From contig OY776562.1 in assembly GCA_963675785.1 (NCBI GenBank), positions 2,848,001-2,912,000 of the forward strand: a stretch of 64,000 nucleotides of DNA, given 5' to 3'. Position 1 is the first letter of the stretch. The number at the start of each line of letters is the position of its first letter. Made by a program: the position numbers and the translations under genes. Of the stretch, positions 27,397-36,940 are shown piece after piece. The notes beneath the pieces were generated by a model, which searched no databases, had not been told where the DNA came from, and saw only the letters and a program-made list of their open reading frames with translations. The stretch comes from Anaerolineae bacterium. GTDB taxonomy: Bacteria; Chloroflexota; Anaerolineae; UBA1429.

Positions 27397-27411
27397 ACAT
27401 TCTCTGATAAT

Positions 27412-27568
27412 TTGCGCCTCGTGCATGATGTGACTATACTCTGTAAGTAATGTTGTGGCTCACAAAAAATGGTCGCGGCAGACATAGACGTCTCCTCAAG
27501 TACATGCGAGGGGGCGTTTTGCATTTATGCGACCTGAGCTTTTCAAACAGCAGAGTTAGGAGATTATC
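27412..27568 (+). promoter_or_regulatory. Purine operon promoter and structured 5' leader (attenuator-like)
   Basis: TTGCGC-17-TATACT (27412-27440); leader hairpin AGACGTCTCCTC / GAGGGGGCGTTT followed by TGCATTT. Confidence 0.55.
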
Positions 27569-28858
27569 ATGCCCGCGATTGTGATCATTGGCGCGCAATG
27601 GGGAGACGAAGGCAAAGGCAGAATCGTCGACCATATTGCTAAACGGACTTGCATGGTTGTACGCTATCAGGGTGGCAATAATGCCGGGCATACCGTCGTC
27701 ATTGGGGATAAGACGTTCAAGCTGCATCAGGTGCCTGCGGGCATCATGCGCAAGGGCGTCGCGGCTGTTTTGGGCAACGGTATGGTCATTAATCCTCTTG
27801 CTCTTGTGGAAGAACTGGATACACTACAGGCAGAGGGTATTCCCATTGAGGATATCTATATTAGTTCAAATGCCCATGTGATTATGCCCTATCACCTCTT
27901 GTTGGATGCCTTGGAAGAAAAGCAGAGAGGGGCTGCCTGCCTCGGTACTACCTTGAGGGGCATTGGCCCTGCTTATGCAGACAAATACGCGCGTTGCGGC
28001 TTGCGTATGCAGGATTTATGGCCGCTGGAGCGCTTTGAGAAGCGGGTCGCCGAGGTTCTTCCTCGTGTGAATCTAGAGTTAGAAGGCGTTTTCAAGCACG
28101 AACCCTTGACCGTTAAGGAGATCGTGGATGCTTATGCTGGCGTTGCTGAGCGCCTTGCACCTTTTGTAACCGACACTAGCTTGTTGGTAAACAACGCGCT
28201 GGACAAGGGCGAAACGGTCCTCATGGAAGGCGCTCAGGCGACCATGCTGGATATCGATTTTGGTACTTATCCCTATGTCACCTCTTCTTCGCCGACGGCT
28301 GGCGGAGCCTGCCAGGGGGCTGGCGTCAGTCCGGTCAAGATCGGTGCCGTGTTGGGCGTCGTCAAGGTCTATACTTCTCGTGTGGGTACGGGACCTTTTC
28401 CCACCGAGTTGTTGGATGAGACGGGAGATTGGATCGTGGAAAAGGGGCAGGAATACGGCACGACTACCGGTCGTCGTCGTCGCTGTGGTTGGATCGACCT
28501 CGTTTCGTTGCGCTATGCCACGCGTATCAACGGTTTTACGGACCTTGCTCTGACTCGTTTGGATGTGCTCTCGGGGTTGGACGAGGTCAAGCTTTGTGTG
28601 GCTTATGAAATGCCCGATGGTTCGATAACCCGCGATTACCCCCTGAATACAGACACGCTTGCCCAGGTCAAACCCGTTTATGAGGCCATGCCAGGGTGGA
28701 GTGGAAATCTCCATGCGGCTAGGAGTTTGACTGATTTACCTGAGACTGCCAGGAACTATTGCATTCGCGTTTCAGAGCTGCTTGGAGTCAAGCTGGACAT
28801 GGTTTCCGTAGGGGCAGAGCGCGACGATTTGATTGTGAATAGCTGGCCCATCAATTGA
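27569..28858 (+). CDS. purA: Adenylosuccinate synthetase
   Basis: [40 protein letters not shown]. Confidence 0.97.
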   Translation: MPAIVIIGAQWGDEGKGRIVDHIAKRTCMVVRYQGGNNAGHTVVIGDKTFKLHQVPAGIMRKGVAAVLGNGMVINPLALVEELDTLQAEGIPIEDIYISSNAHVIMPYHLLLDALEEKQRGAACLGTTLRGIGPAYADKYARCGLRMQDLWPLERFEKRVAEVLPRVNLELEGVFKHEPLTVKEIVDAYAGVAERLAPFVTDTSLLVNNALDKGETVLMEGAQATMLDIDFGTYPYVTSSSPTAGGACQGAGVSPVKIGAVLGVVKVYTSRVGTGPFPTELLDETGDWIVEKGQEYGTTTGRRRRCGWIDLVSLRYATRINGFTDLALTRLDVLSGLDEVKLCVAYEMPDGSITRDYPLNTDTLAQVKPVYEAMPGWSGNLHAARSLTDLPETARNYCIRVSELLGVKLDMVSVGAERDDLIVNSWPIN

Positions 28859-28913
28859 AATCCATTGTCGCCTGGTCTTGCCTAGACCAGGCGACATAAC
28901 TTTAGGAGGCCAT

Positions 28914-30416
28914 ATGTCGGTCGAAAAGAATAACTGGAGTAGAGCTTTTACCTTCGATGACGTCCTCTTGCTGCCGGGCCGTTCATCCGTCCTTCCTGGC
29001 GATGTGGATATTTCGGTTGACCTTACGCCCAAAATTCGTCTGAAGGCTCCGGTTCTTTCGGCTGCCATGGATACGGTAACTGAAGGGCGTATGGCTATCG
29101 GCCTGGCTCGTGAGGGTGGGCTAGGCATCATTCATCGCAATTGCTCCATTGAAGTGCAGGCCGGCGAGGTGGACAAGGTCAAGCGTTCAGAGTCCGGTAT
29201 GATTGTCGATCCAATCACGCTACCTCCTACGGCGACGCTTGCCGAAGCCAACGAACTCATGGGCCGCTACCACATTTCGGGTGTGCCCATCACCACGGGA
29301 ACGCGCTTGGTAGGCATCCTCACCAACCGCGACATACGTTTTGCCACAGATATGTCCCATCTGGTCTCAGAGTATATGACTTCGGAGAACTTGGTGGTTG
29401 CGCCTCTTGGCACCACGCTCGATGGCGCGATGGAGATTCTACAAAAGCACCGCATCGAAAAACTGCCTTTGGTGGATGACAATTTCAATCTCAAGGGACT
29501 GATTACCGTCAAAGATATCCAAAAGAAGCGGGACTATCCTGCGGCGGCTTTGGATGAGAGAGGCCGTTTGCTATGCGGCGCTGCTGTTGGTCCTGGCCCC
29601 GAACTCTTTGATCGGGCTTCGGCTCTAGTCGAGGCTGGTGTGGACGTCATCTCGATCGATGCGGCGCACGGCCATTCGGACAACGTCCTCAAGGCCGTTG
29701 AGATGCTCAGAAGCACATTCAGCGATGTGGCTGTATTCGCTGGCAACGTGGTAACGGCAGAGGGCACGGTGGATTTAATCAAGGCCGGCGCTCAAGCAAT
29801 CAAGGTTGGCGTGGGTTCGGGCTCGATCTGTACAACGCGCATTGTGGCCGGTGTAGGTATGCCCCAGTTGACGGCTGTGCTGACCTGTGCCGAGGCCGCC
29901 GCGCCCTATGGCATCCCCGTCATCTCTGACGGCGGCATTCGTTATTCGGGTGATGTGGTCAAGGCTCTGGCGGCTGGCGCTAGTGCAGTCATGCTGGGTA
30001 GCCTGTTCGCAGGAGTCGATGAGAGCCCTGGCGAGCTGGTTATCTATGATGGTCGTCGTTTCAAGGAATACCGCGGCATGGGCTCAGAAGGTGCTATGAA
30101 GGGCTATGGACGCGATCGCTATGCAACCGGTCAGGACAGGGGACTTGTTCAGACGAGTATTTCTTCACGCTCTAGTGGTAAAACCGTTCCTGAGGGCATT
30201 GAAGGACGGATCGCCTACAAGGGCAATCTCTCGGCCATGATTTATCAGCTACTGGGTGGCTTGCGCTCGGGCATGGGTTATGTTGGCGCAGCAAGCCTGG
30301 CGGAACTGCGTGAGAAAGCTCGCTTTATCGAGATTACCCAGGCTGGCTATGTGGAGAGTCACCCGCACAATGTGGTGATTACCAAAGAGGCCCCCAACTA
30401 TCAAATCAATCCCTGA
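28914..30416 (+). CDS. guaB: IMP dehydrogenase with CBS domains
   Basis: [37 protein letters not shown]; ATG 28914 after AGGAGG. Confidence 0.97.
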   Translation: MSVEKNNWSRAFTFDDVLLLPGRSSVLPGDVDISVDLTPKIRLKAPVLSAAMDTVTEGRMAIGLAREGGLGIIHRNCSIEVQAGEVDKVKRSESGMIVDPITLPPTATLAEANELMGRYHISGVPITTGTRLVGILTNRDIRFATDMSHLVSEYMTSENLVVAPLGTTLDGAMEILQKHRIEKLPLVDDNFNLKGLITVKDIQKKRDYPAAALDERGRLLCGAAVGPGPELFDRASALVEAGVDVISIDAAHGHSDNVLKAVEMLRSTFSDVAVFAGNVVTAEGTVDLIKAGAQAIKVGVGSGSICTTRIVAGVGMPQLTAVLTCAEAAAPYGIPVISDGGIRYSGDVVKALAAGASAVMLGSLFAGVDESPGELVIYDGRRFKEYRGMGSEGAMKGYGRDRYATGQDRGLVQTSISSRSSGKTVPEGIEGRIAYKGNLSAMIYQLLGGLRSGMGYVGAASLAELREKARFIEITQAGYVESHPHNVVITKEAPNYQINP

Positions 30417-30433
30417 TCGACAGGAGTAGCGTT

Positions 30434-33364
30434 GTGAATCAGGTTTATCGTATCGAGGTCGCTCTTTTACCAAAAGAGAACCCTCCCGATTTGTTGTTGT
30501 CCGATATCCGTTCGCTGGGCATTGCAGGTGTTCAGCATGTGCAGCAAAGCGCTCTGTACTTTTGCTATGGGCAGCTGACTCCACAAGAGATCGAGCTGTT
30601 GTGCAACGAGCTGCTGGTCGATCCTATCACTCAGACGGCGACTTGGGGCCTGGCCGACGAACCCGTAAGCGATGCTTCGGGCGTCCAGCGCATTGAAGTG
30701 GGCTACTTGCAGGGCGTTACTGATAGTGTGGCCGATAACCTAATGAAGCGAGCGGCGCGATTGGGTGTCTCGGGTCTCATCGAGGCGGGCTCGGCACAGT
30801 GTTACCGCATTCAGGGCAGCGTATCTGCTACCGACCTGGATACTATCGCTCACCGGCTGCTCAGCAACGACATCATCCAACACTACGAGTTGGGTCAGCT
30901 CGAATCGCATGTGGGCAAACCCTTGGCAAGTCACGTCATTGCTGCGGAAGAGGTGCCTCTCGCCGGTTTAAATAACGACGAACTCTTGACTCTTTCAATC
31001 AAGCGGTTGCTCTCCCTCGATTTGGCCGAGATGAAGGCTGTGCAAGCCTATTTCGAGGCCGAGGGTCGGGCGCCAACCGATGTCGAGTTGGAGAGTATCG
31101 CCCAAACCTGGTCAGAGCACTGCGGTCACAAAACCTTCAAGGGTATGGTCGATTACAGCGAGACCATTGATGGTGAGACCACACACGAACTGATCGATAG
31201 CCTCATTCGTACCTACTTGCAGGTGCCCACACAGACTATCGCTGCTCCCTGGGTGCTTTCGGCTTTTGTGGATAACGCCGGCATTATGGCCTTTACCGAT
31301 GACTATGACGTCTCCTTCAAGGCCGAGACACACAACCATCCCTCGGCGTTAGAGCCCTTTGGCGGCGCCAATACGGGCGTGGGCGGTGTAGTGCGCGATA
31401 TTATGGGTGTTTCGGCTCGACCTATCGCCAACACCGATGTGCTCTGCTTTGGCCCGCTGGATACACCCATGGATGACCTGGCGGCGGGTGTGCTGCATCC
31501 CCGCCGCATCTATAGCGGGGTGGTAGGCGGTGTCGAGGACTATGGCAACAAGATGGGTATCCCCACGGTGAACGGGGCCATCGTCTTTGAGCCGGGTTAT
31601 ACCGCCAATCCGTTGGTCTATTGCGGCTGTATTGGTATGGCGCCGCGTGGTTCGCATCCCGATGGGGCTCGTCCGGGCGATCTGGTGGTCGTGCTGGGCG
31701 GACGTACGGGACGCGATGGCCTGCATGGGGCTACTTTTTCTTCCATCGAATTGACCGACGAGACCGGTGTGACCTCGGGGGGCGCCGTGCAGATTGGCAA
31801 CCCCGTCACCGAAAAGATGGTGCTCGATGCCATTTTGGTAGCGCGCGATGAAAAGCTCTACAGCGGCATTACCGACTGTGGCGCTGGCGGCCTCTCCTCC
31901 GCAGTGAGTGAGATGGGCGAGGATACTGGCGTGGCTGTGCGGTTGGAAATGGTGCCGCTCAAATACGCTGGCTTGCAGCCCTGGGAGATTTGGCTCTCTG
32001 AGGCTCAGGAGCGTATGGTGCTGGCCGTCCCCCCCGAGAACGAAGCGCGGGTGCGGGCCATCTGCGAGCGCTATTCGGTGGAAATGACCATCATTGGCAC
32101 CTTTAGCAACGACGCCCGGTTGCACCTTTCTTACGACGACGAGACTGTGGCCGATGTCTCGATGGCCTTTTTACACAAGGGCACGCCGCGTCGCCATCTG
32201 GTGGGCGAATGGGCGGATCCCAAGGGCGCTGAACCTATCGAGCTTTGGGAGGCTAAAGGCAGCGCATTGCGCGAGGCTTTGTTGGGCATCCTGGCGCACC
32301 CCAATGTGCGCAGCAAAGAGGATGTGGTGCGCCTCTACGATCACGAGGTTCAGGGCGGCACCGTGGTCAAGCCTTTTGTTGGTCTGACTAACGATGGTCC
32401 AGCGGATGCGGCGGTGCTCAAGCCGCTAGAGGTCGAGGATTCGCGGCGCGGCTTGGCTGTGGGCTGCGGTTTTAATCCTCAGTATGGCCTCATTGACCCC
32501 TATGCTATGGCGGTTTCGGCCATCGACGAGGCGGTACGCAATGTAGTATCCGTAGGCGCTGATCCCGATTGCATCGCCATTTTGGACAACTTCTGTTGGG
32601 GCAACCCCACCAAGCCAGATCGTATGGGTGGCCTGGTGCGGGCCTGTAAGGGCTGCAGAGACGGCGCTTTGCACTATGCCACGCCTTTTGTTTCGGGCAA
32701 GGATAGCCTCAATAACGAATATCAGGACAACGTGAGCGGTCAGCAGGTGGCCATTCCGCCTTCACTGCTGATCTCCTCGTTGGGTCAACTCGATGATGTG
32801 ACTCAAACCTGTACATCGGATCTTAAAGACGGCGCTAGCCATCTCTATTTGGTGGGGGCCACGCTCCCCGAGTTGGGCGGCTCGTACTATTATCGTTTGA
32901 ATGGCGAATTGGGCGCCTCGGTGCCAGGCTTGGTGAAAGAGGGCCCTGCAATCGCCAAGGCCATTCACAACGCCATCCAAAAGGGATTGCTGTTGGCCTG
33001 TCACGACTGCTCTGAGGGAGGCTTGGCAGTGGCTGCTGCTGAGATGGCTTTGGGCGGTGGACGTGGCCTGAGTATCCATTTGGCCGATGTTTGCACTGCC
33101 GGTGCTGAGGTCGAAACCAAGGACGCCTGGCTGCTTTATTCAGAGAGCAACGCACGCTATGTGGTGCAGGTTGCTGATGATCGAGCCAATGAGTTCGAGG
33201 CATTGATAGGGGAGCTTCCCTGTGCTCGTATCGGTGTTGTAGAGGATGAGCCTCGACTGAGCTTTGGCTCGGCTTCGGGTGATGAATTGTTTAGTGTAAC
33301 GCTTATGGAGGTACGCCAGGCCTGGCGGGGACACCTGCAGGGCGGTGGGGAGTGTGCAGAATGA
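30434..33364 (+). CDS. purL: FGAM synthase PurL with N-terminal tandem PurS-like domains
   Basis: QTWSEHC, ETHNHPS, GRDGLHGATF, DCGAGG, SEAQERM; about 170 aa N-terminal duplicated RIEV...L.D/N.I PurS-like repeats. Confidence 0.94.
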   Translation: MNQVYRIEVALLPKENPPDLLLSDIRSLGIAGVQHVQQSALYFCYGQLTPQEIELLCNELLVDPITQTATWGLADEPVSDASGVQRIEVGYLQGVTDSVADNLMKRAARLGVSGLIEAGSAQCYRIQGSVSATDLDTIAHRLLSNDIIQHYELGQLESHVGKPLASHVIAAEEVPLAGLNNDELLTLSIKRLLSLDLAEMKAVQAYFEAEGRAPTDVELESIAQTWSEHCGHKTFKGMVDYSETIDGETTHELIDSLIRTYLQVPTQTIAAPWVLSAFVDNAGIMAFTDDYDVSFKAETHNHPSALEPFGGANTGVGGVVRDIMGVSARPIANTDVLCFGPLDTPMDDLAAGVLHPRRIYSGVVGGVEDYGNKMGIPTVNGAIVFEPGYTANPLVYCGCIGMAPRGSHPDGARPGDLVVVLGGRTGRDGLHGATFSSIELTDETGVTSGGAVQIGNPVTEKMVLDAILVARDEKLYSGITDCGAGGLSSAVSEMGEDTGVAVRLEMVPLKYAGLQPWEIWLSEAQERMVLAVPPENEARVRAICERYSVEMTIIGTFSNDARLHLSYDDETVADVSMAFLHKGTPRRHLVGEWADPKGAEPIELWEAKGSALREALLGILAHPNVRSKEDVVRLYDHEVQGGTVVKPFVGLTNDGPADAAVLKPLEVEDSRRGLAVGCGFNPQYGLIDPYAMAVSAIDEAVRNVVSVGADPDCIAILDNFCWGNPTKPDRMGGLVRACKGCRDGALHYATPFVSGKDSLNNEYQDNVSGQQVAIPPSLLISSLGQLDDVTQTCTSDLKDGASHLYLVGATLPELGGSYYYRLNGELGASVPGLVKEGPAIAKAIHNAIQKGLLLACHDCSEGGLAVAAAEMALGGGRGLSIHLADVCTAGAEVETKDAWLLYSESNARYVVQVADDRANEFEALIGELPCARIGVVEDEPRLSFGSASGDELFSVTLMEVRQAWRGHLQGGGECAE

Positions 33365-34182
33365 ATCATCCACGTGTCATGATCCTGCATGCCCCAGGTA
33401 CCAACCGCGATCGCGAGGCTGCTGCGGCCTGTAAGCAGGCTAGTGGTGATCCCGAGATCGTTCACATCAACCAATTGCTGGCTGGTGAATGCGAATTAGC
33501 GGCTTTTCAGATGTTGCTGTTGCCCGGTGGGTTCTCTTATGGCGATGACCTGGGTGCCGGTCGTTTGTGGGCCAGCGATTTGTTTCACAGTTTCCACGAG
33601 CAGTTGGACGCCTTTGTCGAGGTGGGCAAGCCCGTCATCGGTATCTGCAACGGCTTTCAGGCCTTGGTAAAGGCCGGCTATTTGCCTGGCCCTGCGCCCG
33701 AGCAAGTAGTGACGCTGACAAACAACAAACGCGGCCATTTCGAGTGCCGTTGGGTGCGACTGCGCCCCAACGCTGAGAGTCAGTGCGTATTCACTCGGGG
33801 CCTCGATGAGGACATCTATTGCCCAGTAGCTCACGGTGAAGGACGTTTTGCCGTGTTGGACCCGGCCGTGCTTTCCACTCTACACACACAAGGGCAGGTT
33901 GCCCTGAACTATGTACATGTTGCCGATGCTGCTCAGGCTGCGGATATGGCCGCTGCTGTTCCGGCATGTGGCAATGCGGGCTATCCCGCCAACCCTAACG
34001 GTTCCATGGATGACATCGCTGGTATCTGCAACGCCGCTGGTAACGTCTTTGGCCTCATGCCCCATCCTGAGGATCATATTTGGGCAGAACAGCACCCTCG
34101 TTATGCACGGGGTGAACGCGGCGGCTTGGGCATTACTCTGTTTGAGAACGGCATTCGCGCAGCAAAAGCCTTTGTTGGGTAG
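33361..34182 (+). CDS. purQ: FGAM synthase glutaminase subunit
   Basis: PGTN, PGGFSYGD, GICNGFQ, HGEG, NPNGS, MPHPE; ATGA overlap with purL. Confidence 0.95.
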   Translation: MNHPRVMILHAPGTNRDREAAAACKQASGDPEIVHINQLLAGECELAAFQMLLLPGGFSYGDDLGAGRLWASDLFHSFHEQLDAFVEVGKPVIGICNGFQALVKAGYLPGPAPEQVVTLTNNKRGHFECRWVRLRPNAESQCVFTRGLDEDIYCPVAHGEGRFAVLDPAVLSTLHTQGQVALNYVHVADAAQAADMAAAVPACGNAGYPANPNGSMDDIAGICNAAGNVFGLMPHPEDHIWAEQHPRYARGERGGLGITLFENGIRAAKAFVG

Positions 34183-34188
34183 GTATTC

Positions 34189-35604
34189 ATGAGCGACTAT
34201 ACGCACGAAACCTGGATTTCACCCTTTACCTGGCGCTATGGTAGCGAAGAAATGCGAGCCCTGTGGTCCGAAGCGGGTAAGCGCCGTATCTGGCGGCATA
34301 TCTGGGTGGCATTAGCCAGGGCTCAACAGCAAGCAGGACTGGTAACTGCCGAGCAGGTGGCCGACCTGGAAGCGCATCAGGATGAGATTGACTGGGAGCG
34401 GGCGCAAGAGATCGAGCGCGATCTGCGCCACGACCTAATGGCCGAGGTTCGCACCTATGCCGAGCAGTGTCCGGTGGGTGGAGCCATCATTCACCTCGGT
34501 GCTACCAGCATGGATATAGAGGACAATGCCGACGCCCTGCGCCTTTTCGACGCGCTGGCTCTTATCAAGCCCCGGCTGATCGCGGTACTCTCTGTTTTGG
34601 CTGAACAAGCTGAACGAGAGGCCGATACCCTGGTGATGGCCTATACCCACCTGCAGCCCGCTGAACCGACCACTGTGGGTTACCGCTTGGCGCAGTACGC
34701 CTATGACTTTTATGTGGATTTATTGGATCTCGAGGCTGTAGCGGGCACAATCAAGGGCAAAGGCTTTAAAGGTGCCGTGGGCACGGCTGCCTCGTATGAC
34801 CATCTCTTACGCGATCGCGGCATGACGCCGCTCGAGATGGAAGCACTGGCCATGGCTGAACTAGGCATCGAGGCTGTACCTGTAAGCACGCAAACTTATC
34901 CACGCAAGATGGATTTCCGTGTGCTGAACGTGCTGGCCAGCATCGCCCAATCGGCTTACAAATTCGCCTTTGACCTGCGTTTGCTACAATCGCCCTTGTT
35001 TGGCGAGATGTCCGAACCCTTTGGTAGCAAACAAGTGGGATCTTCGGCTATGCCTTTCAAGCGTAATCCCATCTCTTCGGAGAGTATTTGCTCGCTAGCG
35101 CGCTATGTGGCCGGTCTGCCCCGCGCCGCTTGGGATAATGCTGCCCTCTCGGCGCTAGAGCGCACCCTGGACGATTCGGCTAACCGGCGTTCGGTGCTGC
35201 CCGAGGCTTTTTTGGCGGTAGACGAAATTCTGCGCCGTGTTGAGCGCATCGTTAGCAACATCAACATTGGCCGTGAGGGTATTACCCGCAATTTGACCTC
35301 GTACGGGCCGTTCGCGGCCACCGAGCCACTGCTCATGGAGCTGGTTTCAGCCGGGGCGAGTCGCCAGGAGATGCACGAGCGCATTCGCCTGTGCAGCATG
35401 GAGGCCTGGGCCGCGGTAATGCGCGGTGAGGCCAATCCCCTGGTGAAAATTTTGACTACTGATGTAGAGATAAGCGCTTATCTACCACCCGAGAAAATCA
35501 AAGCAATTATGGCTCAGGGAGCAGATGCAGGCACCGCGCCGGCAGCCTGCCGTGAGTTGGTTATACAGATCCGTGAGGCCATCGAGGAAGCTGGCCAGAT
35601 CTAG
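34189..35604 (+). CDS. purB: Adenylosuccinate lyase
   Basis: RHDLMA, HLGATS, THLQPA, GSSAMPFKRNP. Confidence 0.96.
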   Translation: MSDYTHETWISPFTWRYGSEEMRALWSEAGKRRIWRHIWVALARAQQQAGLVTAEQVADLEAHQDEIDWERAQEIERDLRHDLMAEVRTYAEQCPVGGAIIHLGATSMDIEDNADALRLFDALALIKPRLIAVLSVLAEQAEREADTLVMAYTHLQPAEPTTVGYRLAQYAYDFYVDLLDLEAVAGTIKGKGFKGAVGTAASYDHLLRDRGMTPLEMEALAMAELGIEAVPVSTQTYPRKMDFRVLNVLASIAQSAYKFAFDLRLLQSPLFGEMSEPFGSKQVGSSAMPFKRNPISSESICSLARYVAGLPRAAWDNAALSALERTLDDSANRRSVLPEAFLAVDEILRRVERIVSNINIGREGITRNLTSYGPFAATEPLLMELVSAGASRQEMHERIRLCSMEAWAAVMRGEANPLVKILTTDVEISAYLPPEKIKAIMAQGADAGTAPAACRELVIQIREAIEEAGQI

Positions 35605-35665
35605 AGGGCTCCACCAGACATGGATGTCTATGGGGCCATCGACTGGTTATCCAAAGGAGAACGAG

Positions 35666-36427
35666 ATGCCTCAGACAACAGAACTCGGCCCGGTCATTGC
35701 CGAGGGCAAAACCAAGATCATTTACGCTCATCCCACCAAAACAGACCTGGTTTATATGGCCCACAAAGACGGGCTTTCGGCGGGAGACGGCGCGCGTCGC
35801 AATGTTCTTCCAGGTAAGGGTAAACTGGCCTGCAGAACCACATCCAACGTGTTTTATCTGTTGGAGCAAAAGGGTGTGGCTACCCATTATATTGGCATGA
35901 TCGGCGATGACATGAACCTCGTTCAGCGCTGCGCCATGATCCCCCTCGAAGTGGTCATGCGCCGCATCGCTACGGGCTCCTACATCAAGCGCAACACTGA
36001 TGTGCCCGAAGGCACCCGCTTTGACCCCGTGCTGATAGAGACCTTTTACAAGGACGATGCCAACCACGATCCCCAGGTGAACGACGAGCAGATTCGAGAG
36101 ATGGGCCTGGCTACGGCGGAAGAGATCGAGTTTCTGCGCGAGACGGGACGCAAGGTCTTTGAGATTTTGGAAGAGGCTTGGGCTGGCCTGGATGTGACCC
36201 TAGTGGATTGTAAGATCGAGTTTGGTCGCACCGATGACGGCCAGATTTTGGTGGCTGATGTGGTAGATAATGACTCTTGGCGAATCTGGCCCGGTGGCGA
36301 AAAGGGGCGTATGCTGGATAAGCAGGTGTACCGCAATATGCCGAAAGTAACCGATGAGCGGCTGCGCGACCTCTTGGAAAAGTATGCCCAGGTGGCCGCC
36401 CTGACTGACAAGTGGGTCGAGGAGTAG
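35666..36427 (+). CDS. purC: SAICAR synthetase, PAICS-type
   Basis: EGKTK, MIPLEVV.R.IATGS, KDDANHDP, DCKIEFG, DNDSWRIWP, DKQVYR; ATG 35666 after AAGGAG. Confidence 0.94.
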   Translation: MPQTTELGPVIAEGKTKIIYAHPTKTDLVYMAHKDGLSAGDGARRNVLPGKGKLACRTTSNVFYLLEQKGVATHYIGMIGDDMNLVQRCAMIPLEVVMRRIATGSYIKRNTDVPEGTRFDPVLIETFYKDDANHDPQVNDEQIREMGLATAEEIEFLRETGRKVFEILEEAWAGLDVTLVDCKIEFGRTDDGQILVADVVDNDSWRIWPGGEKGRMLDKQVYRNMPKVTDERLRDLLEKYAQVAALTDKWVEE

Positions 36428-36431
36428 TCGC

Positions 36432-36914
36432 GTGGCTCGAGTTGTCGTGCTTATGGGCTCCAAAAGCGACCTGCCTCATGTACAGCAAATCACCAAGGCC
36501 CTGGATGCTTTGGGCCTGCCCAGCGAGTGCCGTGTGGCTTCGGCCCACAAGACGGTCAAGCATCTGTTTGACATCTTGGAGGGTTTGAACGCTGAAGAGG
36601 GGCCTTTGGTGCTCATTGCTGTGGCAGGGCGTTCCAATGCCTTGGCTGGCATGTTGGACGCCAACACCCCTTGGCCGGTCATCACCTGTCCACCGGTTTC
36701 GTCTAGCTTTGGCGGGGCGGATATTTACTCATCACTGCGAATGCCCAGCGGCGTTGCTCCCATGGTGATTCTTGATCCCGAGGGGGCTGCGTTGGCTGCC
36801 TGTAAGATACTGGCCACCAGCGATAGCATGTTGCGCCACAAGATAGAGGATTATCAACAGGCCATGCGCGATGCTGTGGTTTCTGCCGATGATGAACTCT
36901 CGTCACAGCAGTGA
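36432..36914 (+). CDS. purE: AIR carboxylase, class II PurE
   Basis: MGSKSD, SAHK, AGRSNAL, PVITCPP, SSLRMPSG. Confidence 0.92.
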   Translation: MARVVVLMGSKSDLPHVQQITKALDALGLPSECRVASAHKTVKHLFDILEGLNAEEGPLVLIAVAGRSNALAGMLDANTPWPVITCPPVSSSFGGADIYSSLRMPSGVAPMVILDPEGAALAACKILATSDSMLRHKIEDYQQAMRDAVVSADDELSSQQ

Positions 36915-36940
36915 GTGATTCACTGTTGATGGAGGTATAG

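Noticed and set aside
27441-27568. Guanine, ZTP (pfl) or PRPP riboswitch call for the purA leader
   Set aside because: The conserved core nucleotides of these classes were not found; kept only as an unclassified leader
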